The notes: a model not told the origin generated them from the letters alone. A stretch of 63,110 bases of DNA, filler included, from Octopus bimaculoides (GCF_001194135.2; 7 parts of 7 records of this genome joined end to end with filler, not necessarily neighbours in it); one strand, 5' to 3'; shown: positions 1-13,275, counted from the first letter of the whole stretch. Numbers and translations: made by a program.

Positions 1-25
1 CATCCTTTATATATATATATATATT

Positions 26-135
26 TCATCCTTTTGGGGTCGATAAATTAAGTACCAGTTATGCACTGGGGTCAAGGTAATCGACTTAATCTGTTTATCT
101 GTCCTTGTTTAGCCCCTTGTGGGCAATAAAGAAAT
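26..135 (+). mobile_element. tRNA-derived SINE family A, 3' part
   Basis: Contains GGGGTCGATAAATTAAGTACCAGTT...CTGGGGTC...ATCGACTTAA, a block that recurs at 3293, 4790, 12955, 42075, 44115, 54625 and 57762. Confidence 0.8.
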
Positions 136-189
136 GATATATATATATATATATATATAACTTTGATAGATTTCAGCCAGGCCATGTCT

Positions 190-945
190 AACTTAACAGC
201 ACCACCTGGTGAAGTCTTTTAGTCATATATGGAGCACCATAGCCCACTCTATCCGGGTGTAGGAGGTTGGTCCGGGATTTTTTGAAGAAATTTGTCCAGT
301 AAACATTTGAATTTTATGGGATCCACTTTTGTTTTGATGTATTTTGGTATGGTATTCAAGAGAGCTGGACCGGTTGAGGTAAAATAATTGTGATGTAATG
401 TTGCTATGTGTCCTGAGTTTGATTTTTGTTAGTAGGCGGATAGCACAGGGGCCAAGTCTTGGATGGATTTTAAAATTGATGCCAACATCATTTGTACAAT
501 ATTGATGGAATATTTTCCACATAGCACAAGTGATGTAGCGCTCCTGGCGGCGTTGGAGAGAGTAGAGATTGAGTCTTTTTAGTCGACCCCAATAATCAAT
601 GCCTCTCATGCTGTCTGTCTTTCTTGTTATTGACCTCTGGAGTGCCTCTACTTTCATAATGAGTTGCTTCGTATGGGCGGACCATGGTGGGCAACAGCAT
701 TCAAGGTGGGGTTGGGTAAAAGTAGAGTAGAGAAGGATGAGGGTGTCAGCAACTCTAGACCAAAAAGTTCTCAGAATCCAGGAGCACATCTTGCGGACCA
801 AGACAACCTTGCTCTTTGCGTGGGAACTCCAGCATAGGTTGTTAAACAATTATTCCAAGATCGATCTGTGGTGTTGTTGGATGACACTAGGGAGTCGCCC
901 GAGGGTAGAGCATATGGTAATTTCAGAGTTTCCCCTTTTCCAAAG
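190..945 (-). mobile_element. CR1/L2-type LINE fragment, region C-terminal to the RT
   Basis: ORF 223-849 reads LYSTFTQPHLECCCPPWSAH...VEALQRSITR...DYWGRLKRLNLYSLQRRQER. This matches the CR1/L2 pattern LY.TLVRPHLEYC...W.P...LE.VQR...Y.ERL..L.L.SL.RRR. Confidence 0.85.
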
Positions 946-955
946 TGTATATATG

Positions 956-1033
<78 letters not shown>

Positions 1034-2399
1034 NNNNNNNNNNNNNNNNNNNNNNNNNNNNNNNNNNNNNNNNNNNNNNNNNNNNNNNNNNNNNNNNNNN
1101 NNNNNNNNNNNNNNNNNNNNNNNNNNNNNNNNNNNNNNNNNNNNNNNNNNNNNNNNNNNNNNNNNNNNNNNNNNNNNNNNNNNNNNNNNNNNNNNNNNNN
1201 NNNNNNNNNNNNNNNNNNNNNNNNNNNNNNNNNNNNNNNNNNNNNNNNNNNNNNNNNNNNNNNNNNNNNNNNNNNNNNNNNNNNNNNNNNNNNNNNNNNN
1301 NNNNNNNNNNNNNNNNNNNNNNNNNNNNNNNNNNNNNNNNNNNNNNNNNNNNNNNNNNNNNNNNNNNNNNNNNNNNNNNNNNNNNNNNNNNNNNNNNNNN
1401 NNNNNNNNNNNNNNNNNNNNNNNNNNNNNNNNNNNNNNNNNNNNNNNNNNNNNNNNNNNNNNNNNNNNNNNNNNNNNNNNNNNNNNNNNNNNNNNNNNNN
1501 NNNNNNNNNNNNNNNNNNNNNNNNNNNNNNNNNNNNNNNNNNNNNNNNNNNNNNNNNNNNNNNNNNNNNNNNNNNNNNNNNNNNNNNNNNNNNNNNNNNN
1601 NNNNNNNNNNNNNNNNNNNNNNNNNNNNNNNNNNNNNNTATCGATTTATTACCAGGAAGCTAGCACATTTAAAGAATCAAAGAGATTCAGAAACAATATC
1701 TGCGATCTCAGGGGATTAAAGTATATTTTTATATATAATGTTGACCACTCACATGGACATCTAATGTGCTACAAATAGAGGATATATATATATGGATTTA
1801 TATATTTATATATATATATATATAGATAGATAGATAGATAGATAGATATGCATACATGTATATATGTAAATAGATATGTGTGGTTGTGTGCGTGCTCGTG
1901 TGTGTGGATGTGTAAATACAAGCAACACCAGTCAATGCCAAAGCACACATCTTACAGCACCATCATCAAATCAAGTTTCACAGTTTCTTCGCATGTAACC
2001 TGGAATACTAGAATCTGTCGCTCTTCTCAATGTGAGAGATGGTGCCTCAATCATGACCGTCCCTTCACTCATCTTCCAAGGTCTCGATACACTATTCAAA
2101 ACATGGCTTCAGGCTAGCACTAAATCCATGTAGAAACATCACTTACATTGGCAGTGCAGGTCCAGACCTTCCCCAAAACTCAGATGCCACCCAGGTATTC
2201 ACTGCAAACCATAAAACCTCAACCATATCCAACAGTGCAACCATTACAACTCCAGGCACAAACCCCTTCCAAGAAAATTTTGCTTTAGCCATGATGAATC
2301 AAGCAAAAGAAATCAAACACAAATTTCTAGCTCTCACACAGAATCAACCACTGCTGCTACCCCAGTGTACAAATACACACTATTACTGCCATGAGCCCA

Positions 2400-3292
2400 C
2401 AAACCCAACTCCATAATAATGTTGAATGTACAAGGTCACAAATTAATCAAACATATCATAAGCCAGAGTTCCTTGCGCACACAAGAGAAAAGACAATATA
2501 TGTAAGACTAAGGGAAACTCATCTGACCCCCAGACACATTGGATGTAGAAATATGTCGGGTTATCTACTACGCAGAACTAACCACAGAATAGGGAAATCA
2601 AGAGGACTAAGGTTCTTCATTTCTGAAGACTTAGTAAAAAGTCTCCTCCACCTCCTCCTCCTCCCCCTCCTCCTCTTCCTCCCACCACATAGTGTGCAAT
2701 GCACTGATGACCCGTGTGAAAAGCATCACTTGGATCTTAAGCATTACCGACTGTCCTCCTGATGCGGTTAACCATGGAGATCGCTTCGGGGATGCTTTGT
2801 TGCTTCGTAAGTCAGACTCTAAGCGATGCCAACCCACAGACCAATTTACTTTTTAAGATGGAACTTTAATTTCCCCATTTTCCACTGAGGGCTATATCTA
2901 GCCTGGAACTGAACAACTAAACTGGAGAGGTTTGAATATTCTTCTTGACACTACTAAAGACTTCCGCATGCAACAAATTACTACCCGTCCAACTACGGGG
3001 AAATAACATACTCAACCTTGTCTTTACCACCAATACAGACTTCATTTTCAATGTTCAGATCATTCCAACTGTTATTTCTGAGCACAACATTATACAATTA
3101 TCTGTATATGGTTCAAAGAGGGCAACACACACAAATAACATCAAACATGGCTCACCTCTCATGAACTTGAATTTCAGCAAGACCAACTGGAAGGAAATTG
3201 AAACTGAAATCTTCAAAACAAACTGGTCTCAGCTTATTGGCAACCTCAGTTTTAACAAGGAAATGAAGTTTCTGTTCAAAGAGTTAATCCAC
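2400..3292 (+). mobile_element. LINE AP-endonuclease fragment (CR1/L2-like), degraded
   Basis: Broken frames contain LRETHLT...GYLLRRTNH..GKSRG and RGNNILNLVFT...ISEHNII, which correspond to the APE motifs ETHL, GY...R.DR...GG, PTR..N.LDL and SDH. Confidence 0.75.
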
Positions 3293-3412
3293 TTTGCCTT
3301 TCATCCTTTCTGGGTTGATAAATTAAGTACCAGTTAGTTGTGTACTGGGATCAATCTAATCGACTGGCCCACCTCTCCCAAAATTTCAGGCCTTGTTCTT
3401 ATAGCAGAAAGG

Positions 3413-3415
<3 letters not shown>
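3293..3415 (+). mobile_element. SINE family A, 3' part with (ATT)n tail
   Basis: Reads TTTGCCTTTCATCCTTTCTGGGTTGATAAATTAAGTACCAG...AATCGACTGG, followed by (TAT)n. Confidence 0.75.
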
Positions 3416-3452
<37 letters not shown>

Positions 3453-3559
3453 TTATGCAGGAAACATTTCAAAGTGATTCAGTATAAGAGTTTCATTCAT
3501 GGCTTCCAACAAATACCCGTTATCATGGTTTTAGTTCCCTTTACCCTGTTTGTTCCACC

Positions 3560-3975
3560 GAACCTCTTTCAATTAGCTACTGACTCTATCAAGGCAACCT
3601 GACGAGAAGAGCAAAAAGCGGCCACACCACAGACGGAAGAAAAACCTTTCTTTGAAGGAGGGGGTGGGGTTAAGAGCAGTTCTAAGATGGTCTGGAGAGA
3701 GAGCTAAAGATTCCAGCTAGTCTTATTGAAGTTAGCTTTGCCCCAAGAGCAAAGGATGGAGGAAACGCAAGAGGGAATGAGAAGTGAATACCTGAAGACA
3801 GTCACAAGAATGGATGGAAACTGATGTATTTGCAAATGGAGGTGGACTGTCGACAGTTTACTGTGAACATTGCAGGAGTGTGCAAAAGAAGAGAAATCAT
3901 GGGCAATGTAGAGGCTCCTCAGAAAGTATCCTGGCGATTCTAGCTGAAAAGGGTGGGATTGGTGAGGTCAGTTAG
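3560..3975 (-). mobile_element. Probable LINE 3' fragment (CR1/L2-like)
   Basis: Coding-like, pyrimidine-rich minus strand resembling a LINE ORF2 end. The frames are broken and no diagnostic motif is intact. Confidence 0.4.
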
Positions 3976-4616
3976 AATGCCACTTGGACACAGATGCAGA
4001 ATTGCATCTGGAGATGTGTGTGTGTGTGTGTGTGTGTATGTGTGCGTGTGTGTGTGCGTGTGCGTGTAATTTAATGGATACAGGAGTTGTAAGTGAGCTA
4101 CTTCGAGTATCGTGCTTCGGTAGTGCAGTTAGTGGATGGGTTCGTATTGCCGGATCTGATAATCATTCTAGATCGAATAATATGGTAACTTTTTGAAGAA
4201 ATGTAAGAAAAAAACACAAATTACAAGAGAAACTGTTAAGAAAACTTTTCAGGGGAAGGGAGTTAATTTTGTTCATGGAATATAGGTTGTGTCCCTTTAA
4301 AGCCCCTGCCACACAACTATGTAGTCTTGCGGTTCATATTTAAGCATCATTCAATTTACCTTTGACACTGACGGAGGGGCCTTTTGTTACCAACAGAGGT
4401 ACATAGGAATTCTGTAAAATTTCTCCAGCCAGTTCTAGCAACTACATTTTCATAACACCTCCATCTACTGATATATAAAAATATTAATACCAAATCCATC
4501 TTCCCGTTACTTAAATTAATATTATTATTGTGGCCAATAAAAACAATTTATTATTATTATTATTATCATCATATATACTACATCCAACTCATGCCAACAT
4601 GGAAAACAGACGTCAA

Positions 4617-4648
<32 letters not shown>

Positions 4649-4694
4649 AATGATGATGATATGTACACATATACATACATACATACATACATAT

Positions 4695-4736
<42 letters not shown>

Positions 4737-4789
4737 GCATAATATATTATATAATAAAATATGATATGATTTATAATATATATACAAAA

Positions 4790-4875
4790 TTAAATTAAGT
4801 ACCAGTTGCGTACTGGGTCGAACTAATTGACAGGCCCCTTCCCCAAAAATTTCGGGCCTTGTACCTAGCGTACAA
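4790..4875 (+). mobile_element. SINE family A fragment
   Basis: Reads AAATTAAGTACCAGTTGCGTACTGGGTCGAACTAATTGAC...CCCCAAAAATTTCGGGCCTTG. Confidence 0.7.
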
Positions 4876-5559
4876 AAAAAAAAAGAATATATATACATAT
4901 ACACAAAATAATATAAAAGTATATATGTATGTATGTATGTATGTACGTAAGTGCATACGTATATATGTATGTATGTATATATGTATGTACGTAAGTGCAT
5001 ACGTATACATGTAAGTATGTATGTATGTATGTATGTATATGTATGCATGTACATAAATTTGATCAGTTCATGTTTTAGCCACTGCCAGGTTGTGTGTTTA
5101 ACTTGTTCACTGAACACCGCCGCGAATTACCCCTTGTTTTTCTTTTTTCAAAAAAACCCCTAAATCACAAAATAAGGTAGAGAAATCTGCCCTATTTTTC
5201 AAATCCTGGCAGCAACACTGTAGCTGGAAGCAGGCTAATAACCTAATTCTACACTTTATCCTATTCAAGAATACAAAACACACACAAAGTAAAAAAGAAA
5301 CACTACTTTCCACCAGCACACCAGGGTCAGCACTGCGTGAACGACAGTGCTCACTCTCCCTAGCGTGAAGCTTTCTATTTCAGACATGTGAGCATGCGCA
5401 CAACAGCCAAACACTGCGTCACTGGAACTGTGTAGCATACAGTTCTATACAAGGATTTTTGTATTTTTTTCATAAACTGGGGGATGGCTACTGACATTAA
5501 GCTTAACGATTATATAATGTATAAGTATAAAGAAAAAAATTAAAGAGAAAAAGGAGTCA

Positions 5560-5828
5560 TTATATTGAATGTTATCGATAATATTATTTACATTATTTAC
5601 ATTTGACGGATATTTGTCCTCATCTTGATTGTTGCTAACACAATGTTTTGGATGATATGCCCTCTGGCCTTCATCAGGTGTCTTGGGGAAATTTCGAACC
5701 TGGGTTTTCATTCCTAAGGTATTTTTCGATGTTATTATTATTATTATTATTGTTATTGTTCAGGTCACTGCTTAGAATCGAACTCGGAATCTTGGGGTTA
5801 GTAGCCTGCGCTCTTAACCACTACGCCA
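5560..5828 (-). mobile_element. tRNA-Ser-like SINE with Penelope-like 3' tail (left unit of a head-to-head pair)
   Basis: The minus strand reads A box TGGCGTAGTGG, B box GAGTTCGATTC, (AAT)n, then CCCCAAGACACCTGATGAAGGCC...CATCCAAAACATTGTGTT...GATGAGGACAAATATCCGTCAAATGTAAATAATGTA. Confidence 0.8.
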
Positions 5829-5836
5829 TATGCCCG

Positions 5837-5900
5837 TGGCGTAGTGGTTAAGAGCCCGGACTACTAACCCCAAGATTCCGAGTTCGATTCCAGGCAGTGA

Positions 5901-5950
<50 letters not shown>

Positions 5951-6065
5951 TTGTAAAATACCTTAGGAATGAGAACAAATTCGAAAATTCGAATGAGAAC
6001 AAATTCGAAATTTCCCCAAGACACCCGAAGAAGACTGGAGGGTGTATCAGCCGAAACAACAAACA
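5837..6065 (+). mobile_element. Same SINE, right unit of the head-to-head pair
   Basis: Reads TGGCGTAGTGGTTAAGAGC...GAGTTCGATTCCAGGCAGTGACCTG(AAT)n...CCCCAAGACACCCGAAGAAGACTGG...CAGCCGAAAC. It is the reverse complement of 5640-5828, separated by the 8-nt spacer TATGCCCG. Confidence 0.8.
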
Positions 6066-6069
6066 AGAG

Positions 6070-6400
6070 GAGGGTTCCTTGGAGGAGGGTTCCTTGAACA
6101 CCCAGAGGGGCTAAAAGGTGGACAAGCTCCTTGTGAGCCTACAGCCATCCATTTGGGGGAAGGGCAATGGCAAACCACACCAATGTCTTTGTCAAGAGAA
6201 TGCTAAGAAAATTAGAACAAGGAAATGCTATGGCTTCATCTGACGGGAGAACTCGTGCTCAATCGGGAGGACTTTTGTTGCAGGTTCCTCAACATGCTGC
6301 CAAAAATGTATGGCATTTGATGACAATGTATAACACTGGCAGTCCAATAGACAAGGCATTGCACTTCTATAAACATATTAGATGTCAGCCTCAGTTTCTA
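6070..6400 (+). mobile_element. RTE/BovB-like LINE 5' region fragment
   Basis: GGAAGGGCAATGGCAAACCAC resembles the RTE-BovB 5'UTR motif GAAGGAAATGGCAAACCACTCC. Confidence 0.5.
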
Positions 6401-6509
6401 CATTGCAAGATAACTCCAAGAGAAATCTAATATATTTAATATACTTTCATTAAGAACAATTCTGGGATATTTGGAGCTGCCTTTCAGTCTGGACAATGTG
6501 GAGTATTCT

Positions 6510-6511
6510 GC

Positions 6512-6542
<31 letters not shown>

Positions 6543-6772
6543 AAACACACACATACACACACACACACACAAAACACACACACACACACACAAAACACAC
6601 ACACACACATACACAAAACACAAAATACACACACACATACACATACACACACACACAAAACACACCCACACCCACACATACACACACATACACACACACA
6701 CACACACACACATTAATCGACACCACTCTAACGTCATCACTTATACTATTTTCATTGCAATTACCACCATGG

Positions 6773-6803
<31 letters not shown>

Positions 6804-6810
6804 CACTACC

Positions 6811-6858
<48 letters not shown>

Positions 6859-7063
6859 GAACAATGATTTATCATCACTGATATCCCCTTCATTACAATT
6901 ATTACGTCCACTGCAAGCCACAATTACTATTCAGTACAATCACCATCGTCATCATCACTACCATCTACTACAATGATAACCACCACCACCACCACCCACC
7001 ACCACTACCACCAACCACCACCACCGCCGCCGCCGCCGCCGCCACCACCACCATTATTATCCC
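6510..7063. repeat. Compound microsatellite: (CA)n, (ACT)n/(ACC)n, (CCG)n
   Basis: Directly visible; it explains the HT-, T-, S- and P-rich ORFs in the track. Confidence 0.95.
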
Positions 7064-8499
7064 CNNNNNNNNNNNNNNNNNNNNNNNNNNNNNNNNNNNN
7101 NGACCTCAGCCAACCACTCTGGACATCGGCAAAAACGAAGCCAATTTCCTTCTTGTTTTCAATTCTCGAATTAATATCATTAGGATAACAGCTGTCGGTG
7201 CCAGTCCTAGATTTCTAAGTGTGGGAAAAGGAGAGATGGAGAAGAAGGAGGGTGAGAGGGAGAAGGAGAAGGGGAGGAGGAAGAAAAGGAAGAAGAAGAA
7301 GAAGAAGAAGAAAGAGGAGGAGGAAGAAGAAGAAGAAGAAGAAGAAAACAAAAAAGAGAGAAATAGAAATTCTCCGTCCCCAAATCTTAAAAGTAAATAA
7401 AACAGAGGAAACAATATATTCTCCCTTGTTGCATCAATGATTTCCCCCCATTTCAAGCTCGAAGCAAGTGGGGGTACAGTTTAATCCATACACAACAGAC
7501 AGACAGACTGACATAGATAGATAGATAGATAGATACATTTCTTTTATTAGCCACACAGGGCTTTACACAGAGAGGACAAATACAATGTAGAGCTTTTCTT
7601 TTTGGGAGGAGGAAGGAGAGAAAGAAAAAAAAGGGATCGTAGGAAAGAAGAAAAGTGGGGAGTTCGATCAAAAGGGATCGGAAAAAAACGATCAATAGGG
7701 ATCGTGTATCACAGCAATGTTCTCGTGTAAAAAGGGAGGACAGTTTAGGTTTAGCCGTGGAAAGAAAAGCCTACGGAAAAGACCACGGTAACCTTGGCCA
7801 ATATTGTCATTGTCATTGAAGAAATTATAACAGTAAGTGACTCTCTTTTGCCATTTTGCTTTTTTCTCTTGATTTTTTTTTACTCCTTTATAGGGTTATG
7901 CTCAAGGTGGCTCCGTCATTCACCCGTGTCATTCTTGCTACATTCACCCATCTTTTTTTGAAGCATTCACTAGACAAGACTTCCCTTTCTACTCTCACCT
8001 TCCTCTTCAGGTGATACTTGAAGAAGCTGATGAGAGATTGCCCAGAGAGGANNNNNNNNNNNNNNNNNNNNNNNNNNNNNNNNNNNNNNNNNNNNNNNNN
8101 NNNNNNNNNNNNNNNNNNNNNNNNNNNNNNNNNNNNNNNNNNNNNNNNNNNNNNNNNNNNNNNNNNNNNNNNNNNNNNNNNNNNNNNNNNNNNNNNNNNN
8201 NNNNNNNNNNNNNNNNNNNNNNNNNNNNNNNNNNNNNNNNNNNNNNNNNNNNNNNNNNNNNNNNNNNNNNNNNNNNNNNNNNNNNNNNNNNNNNNNNNNN
8301 NNNNNNNNNNNNNNNNNNNNNNNNNNNNNNNNNNNNNNNNNNNNNNNNNNNNNNNNNNNNNNNNNNNNNNNNATGCAGTCGCATCTCACATGTGAGCCCT
8401 CTTATGTTATATTTTATGATTTGTGTCGACCGTGCGACGCGTTGAAAGGAGCCTCTTCCATTAGTCGCCATTCTCCTTTGGTTCGCACGGTGGTTCTCT

Positions 8500-9480
8500 A
8501 CAACGCCATTCCTGTGGTTTGTATTCCTCAATGCCAAGTTTATTAAGAAGCCCACTGACATCTCTGCATTAAACTAGCTCTTCCTCTTTTGTGAAGAAAG
8601 AAAGGAACTCTTCATGCCGACTCCGATAAAAGGTTATATGGACACCATTCTCTAGAAGATTCTTCTCTTTCAGACAAGAAGCCAACAGTTCTGTAGAATT
8701 TTGGGGGAGGTTCAAGTCACGAGTTAGATCATTCACCTTTACCTGGGAGAATAGCTGAGGTAAAGTCTCAACTGAAAAGTCTTGATCTCTAGTGTCATCT
8801 TCAGGTAATGAATCTTCTTTGGATGAGGGTAAAGTTATCTGAGGCAAGACATTGAAGACAGGAACAGGAAGCTCTTCACTGAGTGGAACCGGTCTAATGG
8901 CAGAGGCAAGATTAGGATAGACAAGCGTTTGTTGATTTTTCCGGTTAATACCCTTCAAATTTAGGTTACAAAAATAGCAGTCATTCACGTGATTATAGGG
9001 CTCCCGCCATACCATTGGTATAGCAAACCTCATACTTTTCCTTGTCCCTTTAGTCTATTGTCGCAAATGTTCTGTACATTGTTTACAGACACGATGCGGT
9101 GCCCAATATTTATCTTAGTCTCACAGCTTGACTCCAAAATATGTTGTTTTTTTTCGATTTTCCGGTAATGTGTATTCTCCACACACATAACAAAACACAT
9201 TTGGAGAATTAACGCAACACTTTCTTGAAGAAGACATCTTGTTCCTTTTCTATTGCTTAGTTCACCACAACATCTCAAATGGATGAAAAAAGAAGAAAAA
9301 AACAACTTAGAATTAGAATAATGTAACGAATACTGTGTACTGGACGTACATACATACATAGTGACTAAAGGAATGTTCAATAACTTAAAGAAAACTAGAT
9401 CTGATAGGTTAAAAAGAAGGTCATATTTGGATTCAGGAGACCGATTTTTTATAGGAATGATGTCTATATCCTAAACACTA
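8500..9480 (-). mobile_element. CMC/Chapaev3-type DNA transposon, 5' part of a degraded transposase
   Basis: The joined frames read C.NSPNVFCYVCGEYT...YFGVKL*DQDKYWAPHRVCKQCTEHLRQ*TKG..MRFAIPMVWREPYNHVNDCYFC...YPNLASAIRPVP...LSQVKVNDLTRDLNL...ELLASCLKEKNLL...FYRSRHEEF. This is the N-terminal signature I recognise for Chapaev3 transposases. Confidence 0.75.
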
Positions 9481-9813
9481 AAATCCTTGTAGACCAATAT
9501 TATCAAAGTGCATTGGAGAAGTCAATTTTTATGTTGGTCACTGCTTTTCCACTCGCGAAAAGGCCTGCTGTAGGTCTTTGTAAATTATAATCCTTAAAAA
9601 TCGACAAACTGAATACATCTGCAACATCAAAAGTAAAAATTGGATGAGACTTCGAAGAGATAAGATTTAAACCGAAAGCTGTCGCAAAAACAAGCATACT
9701 GATGGTGTATAGATTAAGATGAGTGAATCACCGTAAAAGTATATCTTTATAGAATTAATATTTCAGTTAACTGTATGCCCCATCTACAATTAAATATCTA
9801 ATATAAAAAAACA

Positions 9814-9910
9814 TCTCTGGCCTGGATGAACAAATCTGGCCTGGATGAACAAATCTGGCCTGGATGAACAAATCTGGCCTGGATGAACAAATATATCTGG
9901 CTTGGATAAA
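9814..9910. repeat. 19-bp minisatellite (TCTGGCCTGGATGAACAAA)n
   Basis: Four perfect copies followed by degenerate copies. Confidence 0.9.
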
Positions 9911-10059
9911 CAAATTTAACATGGATCAAGAAATCTGATCTGGATAAAACAACAGAAACCAAGACACTGATGCATCAGGGTAAGTCATCATGTTAGATTT
10001 ATTCGAAGGAATATACACAACTGCTACAATCTTGGTATGGTGTATTTTCTGAGCACCAG

Positions 10060-10650
10060 AAGATATCATATTGTGTCAGGATGTCCTCTTCTAGCTCCAA
10101 CGCAACATAATCAGGCGCACAGCAGCTCGTATTCGTCTAACCACCCAGTTCCAACTGTTTCAAGAGAAAAGATCTCTGGCACACACATATGGACCTCCAT
10201 ATGTCTCAGAAAACGATAATGCTAAAATAATATGGAACTTTATCCTACAGACATACCATTAGATATCACGAGAGAAGCCGGATATAATTTTCCATCACTG
10301 AAAAAGAAAATAGAGTAGTATTACCATCATAGTTACTAGATTATCGCCATGGTAACTGAATTATCAACACAGTAATAGAAAATGACTGTAACGTTGTGCC
10401 GAAGCGAGCCGAAAATTTACAGAATTACATCGACCTAATTAAATTAATTATATAATACAGTTAAGGAATGTGTCAATTGTACCGACTGGCACAGCTGGAA
10501 TGGTAGATATTCTGTAAAGGCAGTGAGGGATCGTCTAAGTACGTCATGGAACATAGAAATTGCAGGATCGCTAAATATTGGTTGGGTTCTTGCTACAGTC
10601 GCCAGAGTGTTAAAAGGGGCCGGTGCCAGAGCAACAATCAGGATGGACTT
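10060..10650 (+). mobile_element. R4/Dong-type RLE non-LTR retrotransposon, degraded 3' end
   Basis: Broken frames give HIVSGCPLLAPTQH (end of the CCHC knuckle), ENDNAKIIWNF, EKPDII (restriction-like endonuclease) and IVPTGTAGMV...ATVARVLK. An (AAT)n tract follows. Confidence 0.6.
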
Positions 10651-10709
10651 AATCAAGATCACAAGATCAGCAACAACAAAATCCTCACAACCACAACTCT
10701 GAATGCCGG

Positions 10710-11982
<1,273 letters not shown>

Positions 11983-12739
11983 CACAAACCTCCACCAAGG
12001 CAATACCAACGTCTTTTCAACGATAAACCAGAGATGATTTTCTAAAATGAGAATACCTGAAATAAACTCGGCTGCTCTCATAAACGAGAATACCAAAAAG
12101 GAACGCGACCGCTCTCAGAAATTAAGTATAAAAAAAAAAAAAAAAAAAACGGAAAAATAATCCAGAATCCTTGTACCTTGTACCAGAATCCAGGTACCTA
12201 ACCGACCCCAATGGTAGTCATGGAATGTGAAGGTGGCTGTAGAGAATTTAGTAAGAGTAATAAATAGTTTATTCTTATCTAATACAAGCCAAAGTTAACG
12301 AAATCACCATTCAAAATAGTTTCAAAGGTGGACGTAATAATAATAAGTTCTACTCAGGAATTTTAAAATGAATAGCATGAGACATTTTGGCTTTCTCTTC
12401 TCTTAAATTCCAGCCTTCCTTTAGGATTCCTGTTGTTATAGATGTATAGATGCATGTATATATGTAAGTATACTGTAAAGTGTTAATATGTGTGTATAAT
12501 ATATAATATATGTATTATAAAAATATGTTAGTGTTATTTAATTTCTGAATGGTTTTGCTGATGTTTGTTTATGTAGTTTGATTTCTTTACCCATCAGTTT
12601 ATTCCGAGATAGAGACGCGAGTAAAATTAATAATAGAGAAACGAAAATAAAACTTTGTAAAGAGCCTAAAGGGAGATAATTGAGACAGACTCGAAAGTCA
12701 ACGTAAGATCCTAATCATATAAAGTAAATATAACAAATA

Positions 12740-12928
12740 ATCCAAAATCATTGTCCGGTACCAGATCGATCCCAAAATTTAATCAGTTCGTGCCAGTTAC
12801 GAAGCCAAACATCCCTGAAAGCTTCATCCGAATCCATCCAGCGGTTCTTGAGATACCTTGTCCACGGACAGACAAAGAAACAAACACAACTGAAAACAAT
12901 ACCTCCGCCTTCGGTAAGACGTAGGTAA
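12740..12928 (-). mobile_element. Helentron-associated (HINE/DINE-like) non-autonomous element fragment
   Basis: The minus strand begins ATTACCTACG...AAGGCGGAGGTATTGTTTTC (a terminal hairpin), followed by a GTTT/GTCT/GTCC microsatellite and GGATGGATTCGGATGAAGCTTT. This is typical HINE layout. Confidence 0.5.
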
Positions 12929-12954
12929 TGATAATGATAATGGTTTCATATTTT

Positions 12955-13152
12955 GCCACAAGGGCAGTGGTTTTAGGGAAGGGGATGAGTCGATTACATT
13001 GACCCCAATGTTCAACTGGTACTTATTTCATCGACCCCGAAAGGGGGAAAGGCAAAGTCGACCTCGGTAGCATTCGAACTCAGAACGTAAAGACGGGTGA
13101 AATGCCGTTCAGCGTTTTGTCAGGCGTGCTAACGATTCTGCCAGCTTGCTGC
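12955..13152 (-). mobile_element. SINE family A, near full length
   Basis: The minus strand reads AAGCTGGCAGAATCGTTAG (A box) ... CTGAGTTCGAATGC (B box) ... GGGGTCGATGAAATAAGTACCAGTT. Confidence 0.85.
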
Positions 13153-13153
13153 T

Positions 13154-13241
<88 letters not shown>

Positions 13242-13275
13242 CAACAACAAGAGCAACAACAACAACAATAGATAC

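Noticed and set aside
5340-5400. Small hairpin GCACTG...CAGTGC and an NRF1-like TGAGCATGCGCA motif as a promoter
   Set aside because: There is no adjacent gene, and motifs this short are expected by chance in 63 kb.
5770-5900. SINE heads as tRNA genes (also 26590-26667, 35020-35097, 59742-59820)
   Set aside because: They have A and B boxes but no acceptor-stem pairing, and each continues into a repeated SINE body.
9814-9910. 19-bp repeats as a CRISPR-like array
   Set aside because: The units are directly adjacent with no spacers, and the context is eukaryotic.
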